From Bacteroidota bacterium (GTDB taxonomy: Bacteria; Bacteroidota; Ignavibacteria; Palsa-1295), in the NCBI GenBank assembly GCA_018266755.1, contig JAFDZW010000002.1:289166-353165 (forward strand): DNA of 64,000 bases. Direction: 5' to 3'. Shown here piece after piece: positions 26,614-36,276 of the stretch. Position 1 is the first letter of the stretch. Each line of letters starts with the position of its first letter. Made by a program: the position numbers and the translations under genes. The notes under the pieces were generated by a model. It worked only from the letters and a program-made list of their open reading frames with translations. It ran no database searches and had not been told where the DNA came from.

Positions 26614-29538
26614 ATGAAAAGGCAGCATCGAATCGTGCATACAGGGATCTTGCTCGCGCTTGTCACATATGCACTGGGCTTTCTCGCATGCAACGAAAGT
26701 GTAACGAATCCTCCGGAGAACAGCGGCGGATCTATCAAGACCGGCGAAGAGATTAGTGTTGCATCGCAGAGCATCTCACAAAGTGGCGGTATCGTCACTG
26801 TCTCGGCACCGGGCAAGCCGGTCGATGGGTTACAGATCATCGTACCGGCAAATTCATTCACAGAGAGCCGCACGGTTTCCGTCAGCTATGCACCGGTCAC
26901 GAGCCATTCGTTCGGCGACTACTTCAAACCGGTCTCGCCCTTGATCACAATCTCAAACGGCGGCGGGTATGCCGATTCGACAATGCTCGTGAAGATACCG
27001 GTGACACTCGCGACGGGCGAGATCCCAATCGCATTCTTCTTCAACGACAAGACCGGCAAGCTTGAACCGATACCGGTCGCTTCGTTCGATGTATCGAGCG
27101 TCACAATCATGACGAAACACTTCGACGTCTCGGGCATTGCTGCCGGACTCGCCGGCAGCAAGCATGCGCAACCGAGCACCCTGTCGAACTATGCGAAGCT
27201 GATCGTCAGCGGGCTCTCGGAAGCGATGTTCGCCGATCTCACTTCCAAGGTCACCGATATCAATACCGGCTACGAGCCGGGTATCGACGACTGGGAATTC
27301 GTCAATAACGGATCCTACTTGCCCGATGCGCGCGCCGGTCACTGTGCGGGCCAGAATGCATCCTCTATCTGGTACTTCTTTGAGAAGAAGAAACAAACCG
27401 CGAAGCAACTCTACGGACAGTTCGACCAGGTACACGTCGCCCCCGACAAGATCTGGGAAGACAATCCGCTCGGATACCATATGGCTTCAGCGTTGCAGAC
27501 GAAGCTCGACTGGACGAGTTACTCGCTCAAACTCTACGAAGAGTATGTCGGCATGCAGGACGATTGGACCTGGAGAGCGCTGGTCGTGAGCATGCTCCTG
27601 TGCAAAGAACCGTTTGCGATCGGCGTGTACGGGATGCACAATGGCGCCCGGGCCGGCCACGACCTCACTGCATACCGCATCGATATTCCTGCCGGTAAGA
27701 TCTACATCGCCGACCCCAATTTCCCCGGCAACAAGACGAGGGAGATCCTGTACGCCAACAAGCGATTCGGCAATTATCTGTCAGGCTTGACTGCGGCTCA
27801 GTCGGACATCACGTTCACTGACATCAAGTTCAATGCGAAAACAGCCGTGGTCGACTGGAATGTCATCGGCCAAACGTGGAACGATGTGATGGTCAACAAA
27901 CAAAACCCCGGGTACCCGGCGTACTCACTCCGGGTAAATGACGGCGCAGGGTACCCGCTGACCGATGGTCTGAAGACGGATCTCGATACGCTCGACTTCA
28001 ATGCAACGTGGTCGCAAGCGGGGAGCATCGAAATGACGGTGTACGATGCAAGCGGAAATCGGATCTCCCCCGTTCCGGGCCAGCAGTATCCGCTCGTGAG
28101 CCGGGATACCATCGTGCTCAAACCCGGAGAGAACAAACTCGGGATCGCGGTCTTCGGCTCCGCCGGTGGATTTATGTACTACATCGACTTTCAATGGATC
28201 ACGGTGACCTACCAAGCGTCCTCGCTTCGTATCGATCCTGCGACGATGAAGGGATCGAAGGACTCGGACTACGTGTGGCATGCCGTCTTTGAATCGAAGC
28301 CCTCCCGCGCACGCTACGAATGGGACTTCGGCGACGGCAGCGCAAAGTATATCCTCACGAACGATACGAACGGTTACCATCGCTACAGCGCTGCCGGTAC
28401 GTATACGATCAAGCTGGAGGTGTACGATCCGAGCACGTCGGTCAAACTTGGCGATGCCACCGCCACCGCAACGATCGGCGCCGGTTTCGAGATCACCTCG
28501 GTCGTACCGGACAAGGTATCCTACGCGATGCCGGTAACGATCAACGGCTCCGGCTTTGGGGCGACGCAAGGTACAAGTTCGGTGTTGCTCGCCGGTATGG
28601 CACCGGAGAGTATCATTTCCTGGAGCGATACGAAGATCGTTGCAACGATCCCCGATGTAACAAGCGGGTCGATGACTGCGCAAGTGATCGTTGGCGGACA
28701 AGCAAGCAACACGAAGTATCTGACTCGGATGTACCCCAAGATCACATCGCTCTCGAAGTCACACGCGAAGCCGGATGAGCTCGTCGAGATCCGCGGACAA
28801 TATTTCGGCTATAAGCAGGGTACGGCGACGTTGTATCATCGATACGAATCGCTCGGCTGGACGATCGTGACGTGGAGCGATACGGTCGTCACTGCATTAG
28901 CAGCCGATGCGACGACGGATTGGCACTATGGGTTTGGGAATCTCTATCTGGCTCGCACCGGATGGGGGATGTCAACGATCGAGTTCACTCTTGACGAGGA
29001 CGTGTTGCGTACGCTCCACCGGCTGAACTCCTGGACTACGTTCTCGTTCGCCGGCTGGCAACTGATGTACACGTCCTATCCGACACCGCATGAAGCCTAT
29101 CAAGGTTTATGGATGAATATCTATAACAAAGACTTCAATCACACGAAACAGCTTGTCTGGAGCGGTACGGCGTTTACGTTCACCTTCACTCAGACGAGCG
29201 GAGGCGGCACATATAATATCACTCTCGACGGCACGGTCTCGGACGACGGAACGATGATCAAGACGATTCACGGCCTCTACGAATTCAACTATCAGGATCA
29301 GTCGACCACACAAGACCATCACTACGAATATCGGTTCACCGACATTCCGCTCAAGGAGAGTTATCCGAGCGGACCATGGGTCGAGTTCGACCTGACCGGG
29401 TCGACGGTTCGCGATCACATAGTGAGCGTGGTGTATTCGGAATCGACGAATAGCGTCCTGCAGGTGGAATATCGAGGGACCGATTGGACAAGCACACAGT
29501 TGATTCCCGAGATCAAGTTGCGATTCGAAAAACAGTGA
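26614..29538 (+). CDS. large lipoprotein with a putative papain/C39-like region, a PKD domain and two IPT/TIG domains
   Basis: Internal start MKRQHRIVHTGILLALVTYALGFLAC (lipobox). PKD signature YEWDFGDGSAKY...GTYTIKLEVYD. IPT/TIG-like ITSVVPDKVSYAMPVTINGSGFG...ISWSDTKIVATIP and ITSLSKSHAKPDELVEIRGQYFG. The Cys/His/Asp signature is described in findings. Confidence 0.8.
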   Translation: MKRQHRIVHTGILLALVTYALGFLACNESVTNPPENSGGSIKTGEEISVASQSISQSGGIVTVSAPGKPVDGLQIIVPANSFTESRTVSVSYAPVTSHSFGDYFKPVSPLITISNGGGYADSTMLVKIPVTLATGEIPIAFFFNDKTGKLEPIPVASFDVSSVTIMTKHFDVSGIAAGLAGSKHAQPSTLSNYAKLIVSGLSEAMFADLTSKVTDINTGYEPGIDDWEFVNNGSYLPDARAGHCAGQNASSIWYFFEKKKQTAKQLYGQFDQVHVAPDKIWEDNPLGYHMASALQTKLDWTSYSLKLYEEYVGMQDDWTWRALVVSMLLCKEPFAIGVYGMHNGARAGHDLTAYRIDIPAGKIYIADPNFPGNKTREILYANKRFGNYLSGLTAAQSDITFTDIKFNAKTAVVDWNVIGQTWNDVMVNKQNPGYPAYSLRVNDGAGYPLTDGLKTDLDTLDFNATWSQAGSIEMTVYDASGNRISPVPGQQYPLVSRDTIVLKPGENKLGIAVFGSAGGFMYYIDFQWITVTYQASSLRIDPATMKGSKDSDYVWHAVFESKPSRARYEWDFGDGSAKYILTNDTNGYHRYSAAGTYTIKLEVYDPSTSVKLGDATATATIGAGFEITSVVPDKVSYAMPVTINGSGFGATQGTSSVLLAGMAPESIISWSDTKIVATIPDVTSGSMTAQVIVGGQASNTKYLTRMYPKITSLSKSHAKPDELVEIRGQYFGYKQGTATLYHRYESLGWTIVTWSDTVVTALAADATTDWHYGFGNLYLARTGWGMSTIEFTLDEDVLRTLHRLNSWTTFSFAGWQLMYTSYPTPHEAYQGLWMNIYNKDFNHTKQLVWSGTAFTFTFTQTSGGGTYNITLDGTVSDDGTMIKTIHGLYEFNYQDQSTTQDHHYEYRFTDIPLKESYPSGPWVEFDLTGSTVRDHIVSVVYSESTNSVLQVEYRGTDWTSTQLIPEIKLRFEKQ

Positions 29539-29761
29539 CTCGTTGTGCGACGGTGAGCGGTGCCCTGGCAGGGAATGATCAGGGAGTGGCGACTCTTCTC
29601 GTGATGTGGATTGGAGACAAGAATCGGAGGTGCACCGTCAAGTTTCTTGCTTCCGACATGGGTGATCGTGCCTCAGAGATACTCGGAAGCGGCATATCCA
29701 TACTGGCATAATACTTGCACCTCGTTTCCTATTATTTGGGGTCTTTACAGCGGAGGATAAT

Positions 29762-31357
29762 ATGCGTACACGTATACTTGTTGGTTGTGCACTTAGTCTT
29801 GCCATGGGTGTGATTAGTTGGTCACTACCGGCATTCGGTCAAAGCAACCTCGACGGTATCTGGCAGACATACAATCGCGCGAATTCCGAGATCAACGCCG
29901 ATAGCGTCATCGCCATTGGCTTTGATGGCAATGATGGCGTCTGGTCGGCCACGCGCTATGGCGCGCAATCGTTCATTGGTGGTATCTGGACTGATTATGT
30001 CGATCTCACGAAGATCCCTTCAAAGGATATTTGGGAGATCCAGGGTGTTGGCGGCACGGTCTATTTCGGGACGCGCACCGGCCTGACCGGATACGACGGA
30101 TCGACATGGACGACGTACACGACGACGAACTCGGGTTTGGTGAATGCCCCGGTGCTCCGTCTGGCAGATGACGGGAGGGGTCAGTTATGGATCGGCACAG
30201 CGCGCGGATTATGCCGGCTTGGTACCGACCATCTCATCAGTTCATTCAAGCACGACGTCGTGCCGGTGATCCCGGATAATGGCATACAGGATATTGCAAC
30301 CGGCCTCAATGGCGACATTTGGCTGATCTTCATCGGGCCGAGAGGGTTCGTGAGATTGCCGGGCGGATCGGGTGCGCTCGGTACATTCATCCGGCAGGAT
30401 ACCATTTCCAATATGCCGAGTGAAGCGATCACGTGTATTGCCGTCGATCACAGCGGAAATGTATGGGCAGGTATGAAGAGCACAGGCGTTGTGCGCATCA
30501 GTGCGTCCGGCGGTACTGTGTTCAACGCAGGCAACACGTCTGCCATCCATAGCAATATCATTAATAAGATCGAGGTCGACCAATGCGGCAATGTTTGGGT
30601 CGCAACGCAACACGGCACTGCCATGTATGACGGCGCAACGTGGACAGCCATCCCGACCGAAGCGGCGCACGTACCGAACGATACGATGCTGACGATCTCC
30701 GTCGATGGCCGCGGGCATATCTGGTTCGGGTCCTACGGCGGCCTCACCGTCTTCAAGCCATTACCCCAGGCATGTACGCTCATCACGCCGCTGATGGATA
30801 TGACCATGAACGCCGACAGCGTGCTCTGCCAGTGGGACTGGAATTGCCCAGGCATCACAAAGTACTGGTTCGAGATTGCGGATAACCCGGATTTCGTGAA
30901 TTCGGTAATTGATACAGTAAGTCCCTCGCTCACTTCGAGCGCCAGCCGGTGGAATCGCGGAATCGCGAACAATTCGACTCACTTCTGGCGGGTGAAGGCG
31001 AAGAACGACGCCGGTTGGGGTCCGTTCAGTCCGACGTGGGTGTTTCACGTCAGCTTCCCCGATGCCGTCCCGACGCAGCCGATGCTCAGCATTCCGAGCA
31101 GTCTCGGCCAGAACTATCCAAACCCATGCTCCGAGCGAACGGCGATTGACTTCTATGTCGCAACGCATGGGCGCGTCACGCTGACGCTCTTCGATCTGCT
31201 CGGACGCGAATACTCGCAGCCGTTCAATGCGGTCGTCGGACCGGGTTCGTTTACGATCCCCGTCGATCTGACCGGTATATCGGCAAACGGACCGGTCTTC
31301 TATCGGCTCGAAGCTGGCGGCACAACCTTTGAGCGAATCATGACTGTGGTGCACTGA
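29762..31357 (+). CDS. secreted two-component-regulator-propeller (Reg_prop)-like repeat protein with T9SS C-terminal sorting domain
   Basis: Signal peptide ending AFGQ. Repeats include GTVYFGTRTGLTGYDGSTWTTY, GQLWIGTARGLCRL, GNVWAGMKSTGVVRI, GNVWVATQHGTAMYDGATWT and GHIWFGSYGGLTVF. Tail NYPNPCSERTAIDFYV...LTLFDLLGRE...VFYRLEAGG. Confidence 0.8.
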   Translation: MRTRILVGCALSLAMGVISWSLPAFGQSNLDGIWQTYNRANSEINADSVIAIGFDGNDGVWSATRYGAQSFIGGIWTDYVDLTKIPSKDIWEIQGVGGTVYFGTRTGLTGYDGSTWTTYTTTNSGLVNAPVLRLADDGRGQLWIGTARGLCRLGTDHLISSFKHDVVPVIPDNGIQDIATGLNGDIWLIFIGPRGFVRLPGGSGALGTFIRQDTISNMPSEAITCIAVDHSGNVWAGMKSTGVVRISASGGTVFNAGNTSAIHSNIINKIEVDQCGNVWVATQHGTAMYDGATWTAIPTEAAHVPNDTMLTISVDGRGHIWFGSYGGLTVFKPLPQACTLITPLMDMTMNADSVLCQWDWNCPGITKYWFEIADNPDFVNSVIDTVSPSLTSSASRWNRGIANNSTHFWRVKAKNDAGWGPFSPTWVFHVSFPDAVPTQPMLSIPSSLGQNYPNPCSERTAIDFYVATHGRVTLTLFDLLGREYSQPFNAVVGPGSFTIPVDLTGISANGPVFYRLEAGGTTFERIMTVVH

Positions 31358-31399
31358 TGCAAAACAGGTCCTAAAAGTGGCCTTAGAAAGTCACGTACA

Positions 31400-31426
31400 G
31401 CCCCGGCATCCGCCGGGGCTTTTTTG
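31400..31426 (+). terminator. rho-independent terminator
   Basis: GCCCCGGC-atc-CGCCGGGGC followed by TTTTTTG, 43 nt after the stop at 31357. Confidence 0.8.
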
Positions 31427-31528
31427 TGCGCGAGTCCGGTGTAACTATCGCGCCGGAGCGAGGTTCTTCCAACAGTATCGGTGGTTGCCGATCGTTCCGG
31501 CCGAGCGTTTGTCTCAATTCGCTTCCAC

Positions 31529-32686
31529 ATGCTTGTGATGATGCTGAAACATGCTTACTTCCTGATGCTCCTCGTGGTGCAGTTGACATGCGCCACTGTT
31601 CTTCATGCACAGATCTCGAGCAGGTACGTCTGCGAACGTCGTTCGGCGCCGTTCGTATCGCTCGCACCCACCGCCAATGCGATCTTCCCCGATGAGATCA
31701 CAAACTTCGCGGGAAACGTTGACCTCGATGACGGCCTCAAGCACGATATCCCGCTCGGCTTCACCTTCGATTTCATTGGCAATGCCTACTCGACGGTCAA
31801 CGTGTGCACCAACGGTTGGGTATCGCTCGGACCGAATGCACCGACACCGACAATCACCAACGACTGTGTCAACCTGTTCTTGCCTGCCGGTCCGAACAAC
31901 GTGCTAGCGCCGTACTGGGGAGATCACTTTGTCAGAACACTGGCAGATGACAGCTTCGGTTTCAGACGGACAAGCATCCGCTACCAGACTGACATGGCTG
32001 CGGATCCGAACCTCAACGGAGAGCCGGGTCAGTTCTTACACGTCTTCACTCTGGAATGGAACACACTCAATGTGAATGACAAGACCGACCCGCTGAGTAC
32101 GGCAACATTCCAGCTTAAGATCATTCAAAACCCGATGGCCCACGACTTGACGACGCCGGACAACCGCGCAATCATAGAGTTTCACTACGGACCGACCGGA
32201 TCGGCTTTTCATCCGGCGGGCTGCACGGTAGGGATCGAAGACAGCATTGGATCTTCGTTCATGAACGGGCTATTCCCTTCTACGGTGGCGAACGGCGACT
32301 CAACCCGACTCAGCCACAGCCGGACAACCGAATGCTGGCCACCGGGCTCATGCGTGGAGGGCACCGTCATTGTCTTTACACCGCGTCTTTCCGATGCCTC
32401 CGTCTCAGATGGCACGGGTGCTCAGAACATCGAAGGGACAACTGCCTTTCCTAATCCGTGCTCCTCGCGGACACAGATCCGTTATCGGCTGCCGAACGCG
32501 GGACGAAGCAGTCTCACCGTATTTGACGCGCTCGGGCGTGCCGTCGTCCACAAGATCCGCGACGCTTCGAATCCAGGGCCTCATAGTGTTGCCATCGATG
32601 CGAGCACACTCTCAAATGGTCTCTATCGATACCGAATCGAAACTGGCTCGGCCATAGTGTTTGGCTCCTTCGCCGTCGAGAAGTAG
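31529..32686 (+). CDS. secreted hypothetical protein with T9SS C-terminal sorting domain
   Basis: Signal peptide MLVMMLKHAYFLMLLVVQLTCATVLHAQ. Tail AFPNPCSSRTQIRYRLPNAGRSSLTVFDALGRAV...LSNGLYRYRIETGSAIVFGSFAVEK. Confidence 0.75.
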   Translation: MLVMMLKHAYFLMLLVVQLTCATVLHAQISSRYVCERRSAPFVSLAPTANAIFPDEITNFAGNVDLDDGLKHDIPLGFTFDFIGNAYSTVNVCTNGWVSLGPNAPTPTITNDCVNLFLPAGPNNVLAPYWGDHFVRTLADDSFGFRRTSIRYQTDMAADPNLNGEPGQFLHVFTLEWNTLNVNDKTDPLSTATFQLKIIQNPMAHDLTTPDNRAIIEFHYGPTGSAFHPAGCTVGIEDSIGSSFMNGLFPSTVANGDSTRLSHSRTTECWPPGSCVEGTVIVFTPRLSDASVSDGTGAQNIEGTTAFPNPCSSRTQIRYRLPNAGRSSLTVFDALGRAVVHKIRDASNPGPHSVAIDASTLSNGLYRYRIETGSAIVFGSFAVEK

Positions 32687-32711
32687 GGCCCGTCTGAGCG
32701 GGGCTTTTTTG
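32687..32711 (+). terminator. probable rho-independent terminator
   Basis: GGCCCG-tctgag-CGGGGC followed by TTTTTTG, directly after the stop codon. Confidence 0.6.
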
Positions 32712-32737
32712 TGCACATCGAGTGTTGCTAACCCTCG

Positions 32738-34186
32738 ATGTACGAACACCTGCTATCCCCGCTGAAGATCAATTCGATGACCGTCCCGAACCGGCTTGTC
32801 GTGCCGGCGATGGTCACGCGCCTTTCGGGCGAAGACGGCCTTGTCAATCAGGCGATCACCGATCGCTACGTGCGCTTCGCCAAAGGCGAGGTCGGGCTGA
32901 TCGTCGTCGAAGCAATGAGCGTACATGGCGCCAAGAGCGGTCCCCTCCTGAAGATCGCAAGCGACGACTTCAAGCCCGGACTGACCGAGCTTGCAACGCG
33001 CGTGCACGATGCGGGCCCGTCAATGATCGTCCCGCAGATCATCCACTTCCTCAAGATCGCCCGCTCGGGTTGGCGCCAGAAGATCGAAGACCTCTCGCGC
33101 GACGACATCAAGCTCATCATCCAGCAGTTCGGTCAGGCGGCGGTGCGCGCACGCGAGTGCGGGTTCGACGGTGTCGAGCTGCACATGGCCCATGCCTATA
33201 CAATGAGCTCGTTCCTCTCGCGCAAGAACAAACGCCCCGACGAGTTCGGCGGGAAGTCGCTCGAGAACCGCTTGCGCGTACCGCTGCAAGTGGTGCAGCA
33301 TGTTCGCAAGATGGTGGGCGACGACTTTGCTGTTGGCGTTCGATTCCTCGGCGAAGAAAGCATCAAAGGCGGTTACACGACGGAAGAATCGTCAGAGATC
33401 GCTGTGCGCATGGCAGAGACGGGTGTGAACTACATCTCGCTCTCGGCCGGCGGCAAATTCGAAGACGCCGTACACAAAGAAGGCGAAGTCTTGTATCCGT
33501 ACACAGGCTACAGCGGCGACCGCTGCATGCCACCCGCCGAATACCCCGACGGCTACAACCTCCACATGCCCGAAGCCGCGCGGCGAAAACTCCGTGCAAA
33601 AGGGCTGACGACACCCGTCATCGCAACTGGCAAGATCTCCACGCCCGATCTCGCCGAAGAAGTCTTGAAGAACGATCGCGCCGACATGATTGGTATGGCC
33701 CGTGGATTGCTCGCCGACCCTGATGTGATCAAGAAGGTCCGCGAAGGCAAGCGCGACACGATCGTCAAGTGTATCTATTGGAATGTCTGCAAAGCGCTCG
33801 ACGAGACCTTCCATGAAGTCGTCTGTGGCCTCTGGCCGAAGGGGTACCAACACGCGCCGCTGAGCGACGACACGATCGCGCCGACGTGGCAATCGGCCGA
33901 ACCGTTGAAGGTCTTGGCACGCACGAATCAGATCCGATTGAACTGGGAGAAGGCCGTCGATAACGAACAGGTCGCAGGCTACGAGATCTGGCGATCGGAA
34001 GACGACGGCAAGCACTTCGAGCATATTTACTCGGTCACGGTCTCGATGTACTCCGACAACCTCGCGCAATCCGGTCGCAAGTATAAGTACTATCTGCGAG
34101 CCTACGACCTCGCAGGCAACAAGAGCGAGCCGTCGAATGTGGTGAACGTCGAGGTACCGATGCGCATTGCGCTGCTCGACGAGTAG
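32738..34186 (+). CDS. NADH:flavin oxidoreductase (Old Yellow Enzyme / 2,4-dienoyl-CoA-reductase-like TIM barrel) with a C-terminal fibronectin-III-like domain
   Basis: LLSPLKINSMTVPNRLVVPAMVTRL, GFDGVELHMAHAYTMSSFLS and ADMIGMARGLLADPD are OYE-family blocks. The last ~100 aa (LKVLARTNQIRLNWEKAVDNEQVAGYEIWRSEDDGKHFEHIYSV...YKYYLRAYDLAGNKSEPSNVVNVEV) look like Fn3. Confidence 0.85.
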   Translation: MYEHLLSPLKINSMTVPNRLVVPAMVTRLSGEDGLVNQAITDRYVRFAKGEVGLIVVEAMSVHGAKSGPLLKIASDDFKPGLTELATRVHDAGPSMIVPQIIHFLKIARSGWRQKIEDLSRDDIKLIIQQFGQAAVRARECGFDGVELHMAHAYTMSSFLSRKNKRPDEFGGKSLENRLRVPLQVVQHVRKMVGDDFAVGVRFLGEESIKGGYTTEESSEIAVRMAETGVNYISLSAGGKFEDAVHKEGEVLYPYTGYSGDRCMPPAEYPDGYNLHMPEAARRKLRAKGLTTPVIATGKISTPDLAEEVLKNDRADMIGMARGLLADPDVIKKVREGKRDTIVKCIYWNVCKALDETFHEVVCGLWPKGYQHAPLSDDTIAPTWQSAEPLKVLARTNQIRLNWEKAVDNEQVAGYEIWRSEDDGKHFEHIYSVTVSMYSDNLAQSGRKYKYYLRAYDLAGNKSEPSNVVNVEVPMRIALLDE

Positions 34187-34240
34187 TCAGTAGCCAGTAC
34201 TCAGGTGGAATGCAATACCTGACTACTGGCTACTGACTAC
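34183..34240. repeat. palindromic element type D, copy 2 (23-nt inverted repeat between convergent genes)
   Basis: GTAGTCAGTAGCCAGTACTCAGG - 12-nt loop - CCTGACTACTGGCTACTGACTAC (1 mismatch). It starts within the stop codon of 32738..34186 and ends 1 nt before the stop of 34241..36118. Confidence 0.85.
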
Positions 34241-36118
34241 TTAGTACTCCCCTAAATGCTTTGCCAAGAATCCTTCCATCGCTTCATATGCCTCGATTCG
34301 ATTCTCTTCATTATGGAAGCCATGACCTTCGTTTTGCTTGACAAGGTAGGGGACATCGATGCCACGCTTTTTCAGTGCTTCGACGATCTGGTTCGATTCA
34401 TTGATATTGACACGCGGATCTTTCGCCCCTTGGATCACCAGCAGCGGCGAGGTGATCTTATCGACATGAAATACCGGTGAGACGTCGTGCATCATGACCG
34501 AATCTTTCACCGGATCACCGACCATCTCATGGAACATCTCGAGGTACGGTTTCCAATACGGGGGGATCGTGCCAAGGAAGGTAAAGAGGTTCGAGACGCC
34601 GACATAGTCGATCCCACAGGCATAGAGTTGTGGGGTTAGCGTCATTCCTGCTAGTGAGCAATAGCCGCCGTAGCTTGCGCCGTAGATGGCTACTCTCTTC
34701 GGATCGGCGATACCTTGATCGATGAGCCACTTGACGCCATCGGACACGTCGTCCTGCATTTTCTTTCCCCATTCTTTGAACGAGGCTTCCCAGAACGTGC
34801 GGCCGTATCCAGTGGACCCGCGGAAGTTCATTTGTAGGACTGCATAGCCGCGATTTGCGAACATCTGCACTTCACCGTCGAACCCCCACTCGTCGCGCGC
34901 CCACGGTCCGCCGTGCGGATTGACGATCACCGGCAGGTGCTTCGGGTCTTTGCCGTTGGGAAGGGTCAGGTACCCATGGATCGTGAGACCATCACGGGAA
35001 GTGTAGGTGATCGGTTTCATCTCGGACATGTCATGTTCCGGGAGCCACGGAGAGACGTCAGCCAGCTTCGTGAGTGTGTTGCTCGCGACATCGTACGAAT
35101 AGTACGATCCACGTGTGCGGTCGTTGTAGGTCCGAACGATAAAGACCGACTCTGCCGTATCGGCGGAGTTCAGACCGATCTCATATCCGGGCAACTGTTT
35201 CTCAATGTCCTTATAGATCGACTCCGTAACCGGATCGAGGAATTTCCGTTCGTTCTTCCACGTCGTGTAATCAATGACGGTCAGCACTTTGCGCTTACGC
35301 GAGTATCGCAAGCCTTCGACATCCACATCCGGGTGCGCAAAGATCTGTCGCATCTCGCGTTTGTTCACGGGGTCGTAGATGATGATGGCCTCCTTATCGC
35401 GGCCGATGTTGCTCGATGCATACAGGAAACGGTTGTCGAAGCTGAAGAAAAGCGGGGTCATGGACTCTTTGAAGTTCGTCGTCACGATCGGCTGAAACCC
35501 GTCGTTCTCCGATCGCCGGTACAGGACCGTGCTATTGACACCGTCGGTCGTGACGGCGACGCGTATCTTGCCGTTGTGATCGGCGAGCCAACTGGAAATA
35601 TTCCCTGGGTTCTCTGCAGCAAGCGTCATTTCACCGCTCGTAATATTGATGCGGTATACGTCGAATATCTCCGGATTGCGCTTATTCAACCCGACCAGCA
35701 TTTCATCCGGTCGTTCGTCGAGCGCATCGACAATCTGGGCACGCACACTATCGAACGGAGTCAGATCCTTGAGGTCGCCGCCATCGCGATTAACCGAGAT
35801 GAGATGGAAATTTTCGTCTCCCGATTTGTCCTTCAGGTAGACGATCCGGTCGCTCGACTTCCAGAAGTATCCTGCCATATCGCGCGCCGTCTCGGAGGTG
35901 ATCCGCTTGGCCTCGCCGCCGCCGACGGGCATGACGAAAATATTCATTCGCTTCTCGTATGGCGCCAGATACGAGATCCACTTCCCATCCGGGCTGATTT
36001 GATAGGATGAGTGTTCCGGATTGCGAAAAAAGTCTCGAATCGGAATGCGCGAGGCGTACGCGCCGAGCGGCACGAAAACCACCAACAACACGAGAAGAAC
36101 ACGGTAGCGATGGTACAT
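34241..36118 (-). CDS. S9 family serine peptidase (prolyl oligopeptidase / dipeptidyl-aminopeptidase type), exported copy
   Basis: Signal peptide MYHRYRVLLVLLVVFVPLGAYA, an N-terminal propeller, and a C-terminal alpha/beta hydrolase with the nucleophile elbow GASYGGY plus downstream VIQGAKDPRV and NEGHGF (Asp/His). Confidence 0.9.
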   Translation of the reverse strand: MYHRYRVLLVLLVVFVPLGAYASRIPIRDFFRNPEHSSYQISPDGKWISYLAPYEKRMNIFVMPVGGGEAKRITSETARDMAGYFWKSSDRIVYLKDKSGDENFHLISVNRDGGDLKDLTPFDSVRAQIVDALDERPDEMLVGLNKRNPEIFDVYRINITSGEMTLAAENPGNISSWLADHNGKIRVAVTTDGVNSTVLYRRSENDGFQPIVTTNFKESMTPLFFSFDNRFLYASSNIGRDKEAIIIYDPVNKREMRQIFAHPDVDVEGLRYSRKRKVLTVIDYTTWKNERKFLDPVTESIYKDIEKQLPGYEIGLNSADTAESVFIVRTYNDRTRGSYYSYDVASNTLTKLADVSPWLPEHDMSEMKPITYTSRDGLTIHGYLTLPNGKDPKHLPVIVNPHGGPWARDEWGFDGEVQMFANRGYAVLQMNFRGSTGYGRTFWEASFKEWGKKMQDDVSDGVKWLIDQGIADPKRVAIYGASYGGYCSLAGMTLTPQLYACGIDYVGVSNLFTFLGTIPPYWKPYLEMFHEMVGDPVKDSVMMHDVSPVFHVDKITSPLLVIQGAKDPRVNINESNQIVEALKKRGIDVPYLVKQNEGHGFHNEENRIEAYEAMEGFLAKHLGEY

Positions 36119-36276
36119 CGATGTGCATAGAATGATGAATGCTAAGCGTACTGTACACGTGGAGGATTTGTTTCATACGCCGACACGCAGATCGCCAGGC
36201 TCCGCGAATGGATAAATTCGTGGACGGGAGAGCAACGAAGGCTACTCCTCTCACCGTTCGGAGAACCGAATGAGCT

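Noticed and set aside
32722-33723. A 333-aa Arg/Pro-rich ORF in an alternate frame of the OYE gene.
   Set aside because: Low-complexity composition, while the overlapping frame has unmistakable OYE motifs.
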